This document shows positions 37,782 through 47,433 of a stretch of 64,000 bases of DNA, in pieces. This stretch comes from a bacterium (GTDB lineage Bacteria > JADJOY01): positions 62,001 to 126,000 of the forward strand of contig JAXLQJ010000015.1 of the NCBI GenBank assembly GCA_046331705.1, given 5' to 3'. Below the pieces are notes generated by a model. That model did no database searches. It saw only the letters and a program-made list of their open reading frames with translations, and was not told the DNA's origin. The number at the start of each line of letters is the position of its first letter. The stretch's first letter is position 1. The position numbers and the translations under genes were made by a program.

Positions 37782-38150
37782 CTACGGGCTCTCGCCCGGG
37801 CCGGTTGCGGATGGTGACGCTGGTGCCTCGGCGGACGTGGCTGGCCCGGCTTCGGGAGCACGCGTGCGCGCGACGAGGACGCCGTCGACCTCACAGAGCT
37901 CTCGGGGTGGGCTGCCGAGGGTCCGGACGCCCAGGCCGCCGGGTAGGTCCTTCTCGACCCAGCTCATCACCACGCCGCCCTGGCCCAGGGACCCGGACCA
38001 CTCCTGGCAGACGTCCCACACGCGGTCGCGTACGGCCGGAGTCATGCGCGGGGAAACGTACACGCCGGGCGCGATCTCGAGCATGCAGGAGGCGAGGAAT
38101 CCGCGATACCGGTCCGGCACGTCACGCGTCACCACCATCGTCGCTGTCAC
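37782..38150 (-). CDS. cas2: Type I-E Cas2
   Basis: VVTRDVPDRYRGFLASCMLEIAPGVYVS..VRDRVW; LGSPPREL..VDGVLV. Confidence 0.95.
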   Translation of the reverse strand: MTATMVVTRDVPDRYRGFLASCMLEIAPGVYVSPRMTPAVRDRVWDVCQEWSGSLGQGGVVMSWVEKDLPGGLGVRTLGSPPRELCEVDGVLVARTRAPEAGPATSAEAPASPSATGPGESP

Positions 38151-39003
38151 CGAAGAGCTCCTTGATCTTCTCGATCATCGCCACCACCAGCTTGCGCTTG
38201 CTGAACACCTGGCGAGATCGCATCCGCACCAGACGATCGAGCGGCTCGTTCGGGCTGACGCGCGCATCCCGAACGGCCGTGAACGCGAGCGGTAGCGTGA
38301 CCTCGTCGCGGTAGAGGTCGGCGATGTCGAGGCAGAACGCGTTGGCCGAGTCTTCGTGGATGAAGCCGAGCTGCGGGATGGCGCCGGTCACCGCGACCGC
38401 GACGTCGGCGAGCGAGCGGACGGCCGCGGAGGCGTGATTGATGGCCTGGTTGATCGGGTCGTCCCCCTCCGGGTTGGACCGGTCGTAACGGCGGCCTGCC
38501 CAGCTGAGCCCGAACTGCTCGGCGAGGCGTTTGTAGGTCTCCTTCATGCGCGCCCCTTCGATTCCTCGAAGTACGGCGATCTCCGATGCCGGAAGGATCT
38601 CGCCCAGGCGCCACGCATACATACGCCTCGCGACGTCGTTTCGCTTGCTCTCGTCGGCCCACAGTCGGGCGTGCGCACGCGCCCGTGCCGAGCGGTCCGC
38701 GCCGGCGGGCAAGCTCGCGTAGAAGCGCACTCCGGCTTCGCCCACCACGACGAGTGTCGTGCCGTGGCGCGCCAGGATCCGGAGCGCGTCGTGGCTGACG
38801 GTGGTGCCGGGCTGCAGCAGGATGCAGTTCACCATCTGGAACGGGATCGCGTAGTCACCGGCCGGGAAGTCGCGGTTCCCGGCGCAGACGAAGTGCAGCG
38901 TCCCGTCCTGGACCGAGAGGTTCCCGCGTTCGAGCCACAGCAGACCATGGCGATCGGCCTGGGGGATGCGCGCGGTTTCGAGGCCGAGCCGGCCCTTCAG
39001 CAT
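38122..39003 (-). CDS. cas1: Type I-E Cas1
   Basis: MLKGRLGLETARIP, LQPGTTVSHDA, LRGIEGARMK, WAGRRYD, LGFIHE, FCLDIADLY. Confidence 0.96.
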   Translation of the reverse strand: MLKGRLGLETARIPQADRHGLLWLERGNLSVQDGTLHFVCAGNRDFPAGDYAIPFQMVNCILLQPGTTVSHDALRILARHGTTLVVVGEAGVRFYASLPAGADRSARARAHARLWADESKRNDVARRMYAWRLGEILPASEIAVLRGIEGARMKETYKRLAEQFGLSWAGRRYDRSNPEGDDPINQAINHASAAVRSLADVAVAVTGAIPQLGFIHEDSANAFCLDIADLYRDEVTLPLAFTAVRDARVSPNEPLDRLVRMRSRQVFSKRKLVVAMIEKIKELFGDSDDGGDA

Positions 39004-39752
39004 CACGTCCTCGGTAGTCGTCGCAGCAGGAGCATCCCGAAACCGAACCCACGGTGCCGGCCGACGCCTCGCGCCAGCAGCGCTCCGAACTGCGCCGGAT
39101 CGCGCACCTCGATCTCGCCCTGAAAGTCGACCGCTGTTCGCTCGACGAAGTGGGATCGGCGGTCCCCGCCGTGGCTGCGTCGGAGCAGTCGCGATCGCTG
39201 GAAGCCTCGAACCTGGCACGCGCGGAGGGTGGCGCCACCGTGGCGGTCGAGCTGGCTGCTCAGCCAGTCGCGATAGACGGTCTCGCGATCGACTCGCGAG
39301 CCCTCCGGCTCTGCCCAGCATCGGGCGAGGAACGCATCGACCTCCGCGCCCTTCCTGTGGTGCGTGCCCGCGCTGGCCATGCGGACCACGGGACAGGCGC
39401 GGAGGCCAAACCCGAGCCGCTCGCCTTGGTGCCAGTCGCCTGGCATCGGCTTCGCTGCGAACGCCTCCCAGTCGCAGCAGGCGTGCGCTTCCGGGGCGGC
39501 ATAGCGCTCGGCTCCCAGCCGCAGCTCGCTAGCGCCGAGCGACGAGTAGGCCAGCACCTCCTGATGGCGGCCTTTGGCGCCGGTGATCGCGAATGGGCTT
39601 GGCGAGTCGTCGCCGAAGATCTCGCCCATGGCGCAGTGGACCAGGTACCCGAGATCGGTCTCGTGAATCGGCAGGCGGCGAGCGCGCCCCAGGGCGAGCA
39701 GGCGAGGGGTTTCGAATGCCATCCGAACGAGATGGAGGCGGGTGTCAGCCAC
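39003..39752 (-). CDS. cas6e: Type I-E Cas6e/CasE
   Basis: DLGYLVH, LGFGLRACPV, C-terminal G-rich loop GVGRHRGFGFGMLLL. Confidence 0.95.
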   Translation of the reverse strand: MADTRLHLVRMAFETPRLLALGRARRLPIHETDLGYLVHCAMGEIFGDDSPSPFAITGAKGRHQEVLAYSSLGASELRLGAERYAAPEAHACCDWEAFAAKPMPGDWHQGERLGFGLRACPVVRMASAGTHHRKGAEVDAFLARCWAEPEGSRVDRETVYRDWLSSQLDRHGGATLRACQVRGFQRSRLLRRSHGGDRRSHFVERTAVDFQGEIEVRDPAQFGALLARGVGRHRGFGFGMLLLRRLPRT

Positions 39753-40464
39753 GGCCGCCCTCCAGAGGGAGCCACCCCTCGCGGATCAGGCGCTCGCCGC
39801 CATGGATCTGGTTCGCCCAGTCGCGCTCATCGGTGACCACGCGCACTTCACCCGCGGGACCACCCTCGTCCTCGGGCCACCAGGCCCATACGTGACCATC
39901 GTGAACGCCCGTGGCGCTCGGCGCCTTCCGCAGCGCGTCGACGATGGACGCCGCCTCCACTCTTCCGCGGAAGATCGGCGCAGCGGGTAGGCACGGCTTG
40001 CGACCGATGAACAACGGTCGTGCCGGTTCGGTCAGTGCGTTGGCCAACGCATCGACCGTGGGCTGAGTTTCCGCCGGCTCGAGCGTGAGGACGACCGTGA
40101 ACTCCGCATCTGCCCAGTAGTCCCGGTAGCGGATGTGGGTTCCTTCGCTGAACGCCCCGGCGCGGGACTGGACGTGGCCCCACGTGGTCCAGCCGGTCTC
40201 GACCAGGAAGTCCTGGCCGAGATCGACGGTTTGGTAGTCCGTGATGAGCACTCCAGCCCGTTCGCGGCGAACGCCGTACCGAATGCGTTCCTGCAGTGAC
40301 TGAAGCTTGGCGGGGTCACGGTGACGAAACCCGAGCGCACTGCCGAGCAAGCCTGTGAGCAGAGAGAGCGACGGGTGATCTTGGGTTGGCCCGATCTGGT
40401 CCACCCTGGTTCCGCCGAAGCTCATGAGTGGCGCATCCAAACGCAGGATCAGAAACTCCTTCAT
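39745..40464 (-). CDS. cas5e: Type I-E Cas5/CasD
   Basis: LILRLDAPLMSFG, PSLSLLTGLLGSALG, DYQTV, RDYWAD, PARPLFIGRKPC. Confidence 0.95.
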   Translation of the reverse strand: MKEFLILRLDAPLMSFGGTRVDQIGPTQDHPSLSLLTGLLGSALGFRHRDPAKLQSLQERIRYGVRRERAGVLITDYQTVDLGQDFLVETGWTTWGHVQSRAGAFSEGTHIRYRDYWADAEFTVVLTLEPAETQPTVDALANALTEPARPLFIGRKPCLPAAPIFRGRVEAASIVDALRKAPSATGVHDGHVWAWWPEDEGGPAGEVRVVTDERDWANQIHGGERLIREGWLPLEGGRG

Positions 40465-41675
40465 GACGCGGCCCGGACCCGCTCGCCGATCCACGACGCG
40501 ACCTGGCCGAGCGTCGAGCGTTGTTGGATTCCGGTCGCTTGCTGGACCCGATCGACGGGGCCGATGCCGGCCAGGGCACGCTCGGTCGTCACTCCGTACA
40601 TCCCGTCGAGGTCCCGCACGTGGCGAGCCAGGTCGTCATACGCGTTTGCAAGCAAGTCGGGGCGTGGCGAGGTGGGCCGCAGAAAAGCGTTCGCCAGGGT
40701 ACGGGGTTGCGACACACCGAGCTCGGCGAGCACGAGCTGCGCGTACGCGTGAGGGGCCGTCGAGCCGAGCTTGGCGCCAGGCGACACGGTGGCGATCAGG
40801 TGGACCATCCGCTCCGCCACCTGCGCCGCGATCGTCCGGTTGGCGTCTTTCCACTCCTTGGGCTCGCAGCCTTCGATGTTCGAGACCAGCAGTGGGACGT
40901 CGATCGTCACGTAGCTGTAGAAGAGGCCGGTGGTGAGCTCGCTCGTGCCGATGTGACCGGCCCCGAGCGCCTCGTCGTCGGCGCGGGTGCCGAGGAGGTC
41001 GTCCACGGCGGAGAAGTAATCGGTCTCGGCCTCCTCGGCGTGAACCGTGAACGCGTGGGCCACGTGAACGGCCGCGTCGCCCCGAGCGAGCATGTCGCTG
41101 GTCACCATGCGACCGAACATCGCCGCATCGAGCCCTGCTGCGGCCTTGCCGAGCGCAGCAGCGTTCTTTCGACCCTCACCCTTGAGTCGGTCTTCGAGTG
41201 CCTTCACCGACTTCTTGGGATCGGACGAGCCCGCCTGACAGGCCTCGCGAACCAGACTCTTGAGCCAGTCGATCTCGGGCTGGCCGAGGACTGTGATCTG
41301 ACCGGTTTCGAGCCCAGGTTCTGGTTCGTCCTTCGCGGCCTTCTTGGCCTTGGCGCTCTGCCCCAGGACCAGAGTCATCAAGCTCTTCGCGACGTCTCGC
41401 ACCGCGCCGTCGGCGAGGCCTTCTGCGACGAGTGGTTCGACGATCCGGCGCTCGAACGTGAGGCGAGATCGTACGGATTCGGCGACGCCCGCGATCGCGT
41501 TGAGTGCGCCTTCGCCGGTGAAGGTCCGCCAGTGGCGCTTGAGGCACTGGGAGGAAATCCGGATGCGCGAGGCCCCGCCGAACGGAAGGCGCTTCGCGAA
41601 CCCGGCGTCGTCTCGGTTGAGGAGCGTCCCGGGGTAGGACGTCAGCGAGTGAATCTGAATGAACCGTGGCTCCAT
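40461..41675 (-). CDS. cas7e: Type I-E Cas7/CasC
   Basis: FIQIHSL..LLNRDDAG, RISSQCLKRHWR, AMFGRM, VAHAFTVH, DYFSAVDDL. Confidence 0.96.
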   Translation of the reverse strand: MEPRFIQIHSLTSYPGTLLNRDDAGFAKRLPFGGASRIRISSQCLKRHWRTFTGEGALNAIAGVAESVRSRLTFERRIVEPLVAEGLADGAVRDVAKSLMTLVLGQSAKAKKAAKDEPEPGLETGQITVLGQPEIDWLKSLVREACQAGSSDPKKSVKALEDRLKGEGRKNAAALGKAAAGLDAAMFGRMVTSDMLARGDAAVHVAHAFTVHAEEAETDYFSAVDDLLGTRADDEALGAGHIGTSELTTGLFYSYVTIDVPLLVSNIEGCEPKEWKDANRTIAAQVAERMVHLIATVSPGAKLGSTAPHAYAQLVLAELGVSQPRTLANAFLRPTSPRPDLLANAYDDLARHVRDLDGMYGVTTERALAGIGPVDRVQQATGIQQRSTLGQVASWIGERVRAAS

Positions 41676-41714
41676 GCATGTCTCCCGGTGGTCCGTGGTC
41701 GGTGTGATGCGCTC

Positions 41715-42275
41715 TCAGTCAGCGGAATGGGCGTAGTAGTCGCGCGCGATTCGTCGACGCAGGTTCTCGCCGCCTTCGCTTTCATCGGAGAGGACGAGCC
41801 AGGCCGCGTCGGTGAGGTCGGCGGAAGCACCCTTCGACGCGAGGAATCGGGCCATGAGGCGGACCTCATCCGCGAGCCGTTGCCCCTGCGCCGTTAACAG
41901 CCGGGCGAATCGGATCTCGGAGAAGCCCTCCTCGGCCAGCGCTTGCCCGAGGCGACGCTGAGGTGAGTGAAACCCCTCGGCGATCGCCAACGCGTTGAGG
42001 ATCGTTGCCCATTCAGCCTCGCGTTTCGCGGCGCGCGGGCCTGTCGCCGATGCCCACCCCGCTGGCTCGATGATCGAGACGAAGAGTTTCCAGAACGCCG
42101 CGGGTGTTGCGTCGTCAGCCGCCATCCGCCGGAGATCTGCGACTTCGCCGCGGCCAAGGCCGTTGGCGATCATCTCGGTGAGTCTTGCGATCAGCGATCG
42201 CAGGGAAGGCTGGGCGTCGTGTTGGCCCGCCCGCTGGCCGCCTGGCGCTTCCACCGATGTTGGCTCTGGCATCAC
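41715..42275 (-). CDS. casB: Type I-E Cas11/Cse2/CasB
   Basis: GEVADLRR, LGQALA...SEIRFARLL, RRIARDYY; position between cas8e and cas7. Confidence 0.92.
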   Translation of the reverse strand: MMPEPTSVEAPGGQRAGQHDAQPSLRSLIARLTEMIANGLGRGEVADLRRMAADDATPAAFWKLFVSIIEPAGWASATGPRAAKREAEWATILNALAIAEGFHSPQRRLGQALAEEGFSEIRFARLLTAQGQRLADEVRLMARFLASKGASADLTDAAWLVLSDESEGGENLRRRIARDYYAHSAD

Positions 42276-43846
42276 CCGCTCCTCTGGCTTGGTTCAGGTG
42301 CGTGGAGTGTGGTCCCGAGCTTGTTGGCCCAAGCACCACCGAAAACACGCTCCGCGGCAGCGATTGCTCGGTACCGGCGAGCAGTCGGAAGCGGCGTTTC
42401 ACCGATCGCCTCGTTCAGCACGGCCCGAGCCTCGCGCTCGAGCGCGTCGACCCAACGCTGATCCGCGTCTTCACTTCCCGTGGCGTCGGCGGAATCCCAG
42501 AGCGCCGGGAAGAACATCGCGTCGACGCGCTTGTCGAAGCGGCTCAGCCACCGTTGGGGTCGCTCGTCCTTGAAGTTGAGCTTCTCGGGAGCCCCTTGAA
42601 GAAGCGCGCAGAGCGAAGGTTTGAGCACGCTCAGCCTGGCCTGGGCAGCCGTATCGACCCAACGCTTTGCACGCTGGCTGAGCTCCTCCCGCTCGATTGC
42701 CCGCCCGAGCTTCATCCGAACGCGCTTGGGGATCCGAAGCCGCCGCTCGTGCAGGCCTTCCGTCTTCCCCTGTCCGCGCACCAGTGCCCACGCTCGAAGT
42801 TCCATCTCCTCGGGGTCGTTCGACTGAGGTGCTTGTGCTGCGCCGCCGTTCCAGTCGCCAGCCAGAAGTAGCTCGCTCAGTCTGTCGTACCGGAATCCCG
42901 AACGGCCCAGCGTCAGGACTTCACCATCGGTTCGATGGATCGGGGTCCAGGCATCCCCTGTCGCACCTCCCTCGTTCGTCATCGTGATGCGGGCAGCTTT
43001 CGAGCTTCCGGCCCGTGCGCGAATCGAGCGGTCGGCGAACTGCAAGCGAATGCGCCGGCAGATTTCGATGAAGTGAGGGTCCAGCTCAGAGAGCGCGAGG
43101 CTCTTCTTTCCGTCCCAGGCCGCCAGCCACGTGAGCGCGACTCCGGTCTCGGCTCGATAGCCGTATCCGTCGACGACCGCGTCGCGACTTGCGATCAGTG
43201 CGGCAACGTCGCGTCGGAAGCGGGCCGGCCAGCTCGGGTCGGGCGCGAGAGACACGCACGGCCTGTTTCCGAATCCCCCGTTCATGCGTGCGATGCCGTA
43301 GTTGCCGGCCCCGAGGAAGCCCTGCGCTGTCTGTAGGGAAAGGAGAGCGTAGGCCCAATGGGCCACGCTCGGGTTGTGGAGTCGTGAAATCTTGACGTCG
43401 TGGTTCTTTGCGGTGACCAAGACGTCGAGGTCGTCGGGCGTCACGATCTCGCGCTTGAGGACGTCGATCGAGCCCTCTGGGATGGGTGGCTGCATGAAAG
43501 CCGGCTGGCTCACGTCGGGCACCACGAGGCACCAGGGCTCATGCTTGCCATCGGTGAGCGCGAGCAGCAGGGCGCGCCATTCGTCCTCGCTTCGCTTCGG
43601 GTCGGCCTCGCCTGCTCGATGCAAAGCGATCGCGGCGAGCTGAACGAGGAACGCGTGCCACGGGTGGGTCTGGTGCGGCTGGAGCTCCGCGAACGAGATC
43701 GGCTCTTTCGTGCCGAGCGCGGCGAGGACACCCGGCAACGTCAGAACCTCGCTCATGCCCCCACGCCGCACCCGGAAGGCAGGCTCGACGAGCAGATCGT
43801 GCGCAACGTCAGTCGTCGGCGGAGCTTGCTTCTTGGTTCGCTTCAT
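42272..43846 (-). CDS. casA: Type I-E Cas8e/Cse1/CasA
   Basis: DLLVEP, HQTHPWHAFLVQL, PAFMQPP, KNHDVK, GNYGIARMNGG, FIEICRRIRL, GQGKTEG. Start uncertain (43846 or 43888). Confidence 0.92.
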   Translation of the reverse strand: MKRTKKQAPPTTDVAHDLLVEPAFRVRRGGMSEVLTLPGVLAALGTKEPISFAELQPHQTHPWHAFLVQLAAIALHRAGEADPKRSEDEWRALLLALTDGKHEPWCLVVPDVSQPAFMQPPIPEGSIDVLKREIVTPDDLDVLVTAKNHDVKISRLHNPSVAHWAYALLSLQTAQGFLGAGNYGIARMNGGFGNRPCVSLAPDPSWPARFRRDVAALIASRDAVVDGYGYRAETGVALTWLAAWDGKKSLALSELDPHFIEICRRIRLQFADRSIRARAGSSKAARITMTNEGGATGDAWTPIHRTDGEVLTLGRSGFRYDRLSELLLAGDWNGGAAQAPQSNDPEEMELRAWALVRGQGKTEGLHERRLRIPKRVRMKLGRAIEREELSQRAKRWVDTAAQARLSVLKPSLCALLQGAPEKLNFKDERPQRWLSRFDKRVDAMFFPALWDSADATGSEDADQRWVDALEREARAVLNEAIGETPLPTARRYRAIAAAERVFGGAWANKLGTTLHAPEPSQRSG

Positions 43847-46469
43847 CGAGACGTAGTCCCCATCGGTCGTAGCAAAACCGCTTACCACCGAAATGAAACC
43901 GAATCACGCCGGCGGACATCGAGACGGCCGAGAGCTCGGCTTCGGCCGAGATGCCCGTGGCTAGGGTGGCTGGAATGTTGAGCTGCTTGATGGGCAGACC
44001 GAACGGACCTGTCGCGGCTTCGCTGAGCTCGATTCGGCGATCACCCGCACCGAGCCGGGTCTGAACTCGGACGTCCATGTCTTCGGAAGGGAAGCTGTAC
44101 TCGCCGAAGGGCCTGTCCCACTCGGCGAGGTTGAGGTTCGCGAGACGCGCGTCGTTGCAGACGCGGCCGAGCATCCGTGTCTGATGTTCGTTCCACGGCT
44201 CCCCGAGGCCGCGCGCGAGGGCCTTAAGCGCTTCCGGATGGGTCCCTCGCTCGACCAGCTCCCGGTTCATCCGAGGGATCTCGAAAACGGGGTGTTCTTC
44301 GAGCAGGCGCCACGTTGCTTCGAGGATTCGCAGATCGTCGTACACGGTGCCGAGGCCATGTGGACCACGCGCGTCGCCATCGGATCGGATGAGCTGACCG
44401 AGATCGCGTTCATCGGGAGTGAGCACCGTCAGGCTGGGTACCTCGAAGCCGGATGGGCGGGGGCGACCCCGGTGGCGGTGGAGGCGACCCACGCGCTGCA
44501 AGAGGACGTCGATCGGGCACAGATCGGTGATGAGGACGTCCGCGTCGATGTCGAGGCTCTGCTCGACCGTCTGCGTTGCCACCACCACGACGGGGCGGTG
44601 CTCGCTACGCGCGCCGAGCGCCAGCTCGACCGCTGCGTCGAGGGTACGTCGGTCGCCGGGAGCGAATCGCGAATGGTGCGGAGCGGCGACGCCGCCGGCA
44701 CGGAAGAGCAAGCCCGCCTGCGCACCCGCTGCGGCCTTCTCGAGTGCGCGCTGCGTCGAGATGCAGTCCGCCACCGTGTTCCGCACCACGAGGACGCGCG
44801 CACCAGAGGCCGCGGCGCGAAGCGCGAACTCGGCAACCGCATCGGGTGCGCCGGCCCTCGCGAGGATCGTGGTCCGTACGTGCTTGCCGTCGGCTGCCGA
44901 GGCGGGGTGCCACGTGAGAAGCGGTTGGCCGACGGGCCGGGAGGCGACGCTGGGATACGCCTCCCCGATCGATGCTGCCAGCGAAGGCACGGCGGGCCGC
45001 TTCCTGCGCGGCAGGTCTGCATGCAGCAGCGCGTTGCGCGTCTCTGCGCCGAGCGTTGCGGACATGAGCAGCACCCGGCCACCGGCCTTGGCGTGGCGAG
45101 AGACCACCTCCTCCAGGATTCGCGTCATGTACGCATCCGAGGCGTGGACCTCGTCGACCACGAGCAGCAGCCGCAGGAGCCCGGCCGCGCGCAAGTGCGC
45201 GTGGTTGAGGGCGAGCGCAGAAAGGAGGGCCTGGTCGATGGTGCCGACCACGACGCCGCCGGCCAGGTAGCGCTTCGGCTGCTCGCCGGCCCAGCCGCGG
45301 AACCGGAACCGATCGGCGGGATCGTCGTTCCAGAGCACTTCGAACGGGGCGAGCCTTCGCCCCTCTTGGTCGTCGACGTTCAAGTACCCCGGCACCGCGA
45401 GGACGACCGGTGGTCGATCGCGTTCGTCGGGCATCGCGCGGCACATCGCCTCGTGGATTCGCCGGTGGATCTGTACGGCGGCGGTGCGCGTCGGAAGCGC
45501 GAAGTAGAGGCCGTCCACTTCTCCGCTCTGCAGCTCGCGAAGGAAGCGGATCAGCGCGGCCTCGGTCTTCCCCGAGCCGGTCTCCGACTCGATGAGGGAG
45601 ATCGAGCCGCTTGGCGACACTGGGATTTCCGCCGTCTGCTCTTGCATCGGCCGCGCCGGATGTTTGCTGATTCGGTCGAAGCCCACGGGAACAGCGCCGA
45701 GCGCAGATCGCCCCCGGGAGGTGTCGAGACCGATCTCCCGTGTGGCGCGGCTGGCCTGCTGCAAGGCGAACGCAAATCGATCGCCGTCGAGGGTGTCGCT
45801 GTACGGAAAGAAGCGGGTGTCCGAGCCGAGCCAGTCAGCCAGCGTGACCAGGCCGCTGACACCATGCTGGAACTCGGCGTTGCCCGGTAGCCGCTCCGCA
45901 CCCGGCTCGAACGCGCCAGGGAGCCAGGACTCGATCGCTCGCCGAAGGCCCGCGATGCCCGCGAACGGGTCTCGCTGGCCCTCGATCCGCCAGATGTCGA
46001 GGCGCCCTCCTCGCTCGACGCGTCGCGGGCGGCCATGATGGCAGATGTTCGCGGCGAGGAGCTGGAGCGTCTGCTCGGGCGAATCCGTCCAGGGCTCGAG
46101 ACTCTCGATCGAGAGCGCATTCGCGAGGTGAATCGAGGCCTCGGCACCTCCGTCGAGGAGCGCCATCACCTCCTGGACGTGGCCGGCCGTTCCTCTCGCA
46201 TCGGCGATCGCCTTCCGTTGAAACCCGAGATTGAACTTGCCGATGTCGTGGAGTGCGGCCAGTGCGGCGAGGCGGTCGCACTGAGCATCCGTGAGCTCGG
46301 CGAGCCCGCCGATGGTCGCGAGCCGCTTGCGGAGCGTCGAACGCTCCAGGATTGTCCGCGTTGCAGCGGCGACGTCGGCACAGTGGTCAGCGAGCGGGTG
46401 CCACGCCGTGACCGTGCCGTTTCCGTCTTGCTGCAGCTTGCCCCAGAATGATGTCGGAGAGCCCTGCAT
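43809..46469 (-). CDS. cas3: Cas3 HD nuclease-helicase
   Basis: HCADV, LHDIGK, CHHG, LADWLGS; helicase ETGSGKTE, DEVH, SAT, QRVGRLHRH. Confidence 0.97.
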   Translation of the reverse strand: MQGSPTSFWGKLQQDGNGTVTAWHPLADHCADVAAATRTILERSTLRKRLATIGGLAELTDAQCDRLAALAALHDIGKFNLGFQRKAIADARGTAGHVQEVMALLDGGAEASIHLANALSIESLEPWTDSPEQTLQLLAANICHHGRPRRVERGGRLDIWRIEGQRDPFAGIAGLRRAIESWLPGAFEPGAERLPGNAEFQHGVSGLVTLADWLGSDTRFFPYSDTLDGDRFAFALQQASRATREIGLDTSRGRSALGAVPVGFDRISKHPARPMQEQTAEIPVSPSGSISLIESETGSGKTEAALIRFLRELQSGEVDGLYFALPTRTAAVQIHRRIHEAMCRAMPDERDRPPVVLAVPGYLNVDDQEGRRLAPFEVLWNDDPADRFRFRGWAGEQPKRYLAGGVVVGTIDQALLSALALNHAHLRAAGLLRLLLVVDEVHASDAYMTRILEEVVSRHAKAGGRVLLMSATLGAETRNALLHADLPRRKRPAVPSLAASIGEAYPSVASRPVGQPLLTWHPASAADGKHVRTTILARAGAPDAVAEFALRAAASGARVLVVRNTVADCISTQRALEKAAAGAQAGLLFRAGGVAAPHHSRFAPGDRRTLDAAVELALGARSEHRPVVVVATQTVEQSLDIDADVLITDLCPIDVLLQRVGRLHRHRGRPRPSGFEVPSLTVLTPDERDLGQLIRSDGDARGPHGLGTVYDDLRILEATWRLLEEHPVFEIPRMNRELVERGTHPEALKALARGLGEPWNEHQTRMLGRVCNDARLANLNLAEWDRPFGEYSFPSEDMDVRVQTRLGAGDRRIELSEAATGPFGLPIKQLNIPATLATGISAEAELSAVSMSAGVIRFHFGGKRFCYDRWGLRLDEANQEASSADD

Positions 46470-46506
46470 GAATGGTGATCCGCGTCAGCCCCGTGACGAG
46501 TCCGCG

Positions 46507-46536
46507 ATCATAGCGATACTCGATATCGGGTTTCTA
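46507..46536 (-). promoter_or_regulatory. Putative cas3 promoter with an inverted repeat in the spacer
   Basis: Minus strand TAGAAA, 18 bp, TATGAT. CGATA-N5-TATCG at 46514-46528. Confidence 0.45.
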
Positions 46537-46917
46537 CCGCATCACCAGTAAACGACCGTAGGCGATCGTCGGGGCAGAGGGCGTTGCTCGAACCCCGCTC
46601 CGTGTGGCGGCGGCGCCGCATGTCGCCGGTGGTGCGGCCGAGATCGCGTGGAGCGGCAGGTTCCCGAGCTGACCCTCACCCCTCGTGGTAGCCTTCCGCG
46701 CGCCGTCGTTGCGGCGCTGCGCATCGTGGCGGCGAAACACGCAGATGGAATCGATTTTCCGCGTCGACGAAGCGAAAGCTCCCAAGCTCGTTCGTCTGCA
46801 CTTCGTTCGCGAGCACCTGATCGCGGTACGAGGCTGCCGCGTGGGTGAGCACCGGGGCTGTGATCTCTGGCCGTGGATGTCTCGGGTTTTCGCGCACGAG
46901 ATGTGGGAGGTGATCCG

Positions 46918-47433
46918 GTGAGCATCGTTCCCAGCGGCCCGTTCGTGGCGATCGATTTCGAGACCGCCAACGAGTCACCGGTGAGCGCCTGCGCGCTGGC
47001 GCTGGTACGGGTGGAAGGCGACCGGATCACGGCGCGATGGCGCAGTCTCATCCGGCCGCCCACACGCGCGTTCACCTTCACGAGCATTCACGGCATCGCG
47101 TGGGAAGACGTCGCGAGCGCGCCGTCTTTTGCCGAGGTCTGGGCCGAGGTGCTCGAAGTCTTCGAGGGTGCGAGCTTCCTGGCCGCCCACAACGCCAAGT
47201 TCGATCGGGGTGTGCTCGAGGCCTGTTGCGCGCACTACCGCCTCATCCTTCCGCGTATTCGTTACGTCTGCACGGTTGAGCTGGCGCGGGCGACGTGGCG
47301 GCTGCCACGCCACCGCCTCCCGGACGTGTGCCGCCATCTGCGGATTCCTCTTGCGCACCACGATCCGATGTCCGACGCGGAGGCGTGCGCGCGGATCGTG
47401 GTCGCAGCAGGCGCCGTCCGGCGCGCGATCTGA
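46918..47433 (+). CDS. DEDDh 3'-5' exonuclease (DnaQ/PolIII-epsilon-like, stand-alone)
   Basis: ExoI AIDFETAN, IHGI, ExoII AHNAKFD, CTVELAR, ExoIII HHDPMSDA; RBS GGGAGG before GTG. Confidence 0.93.
   Translation: MSIVPSGPFVAIDFETANESPVSACALALVRVEGDRITARWRSLIRPPTRAFTFTSIHGIAWEDVASAPSFAEVWAEVLEVFEGASFLAAHNAKFDRGVLEACCAHYRLILPRIRYVCTVELARATWRLPRHRLPDVCRHLRIPLAHHDPMSDAEACARIVVAAGAVRRAI

Noticed and set aside
36022-38295. Long ORFs on both strands across the array (repeated SIPARAGET / SPRARGDRP peptides)
   Set aside because: They are translations of the stop-free CRISPR repeats, not proteins.
39745-43846. HNH-fused Cas5 or Cas8 variant of type I-E
   Set aside because: Both proteins have ordinary lengths with no HNH motif, and Cas3 is intact.
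46746-46921. 58-aa ORF whose stop overlaps the exonuclease start
   Set aside because: No recognisable motif or RBS. It may be a remnant, but I cannot support it.
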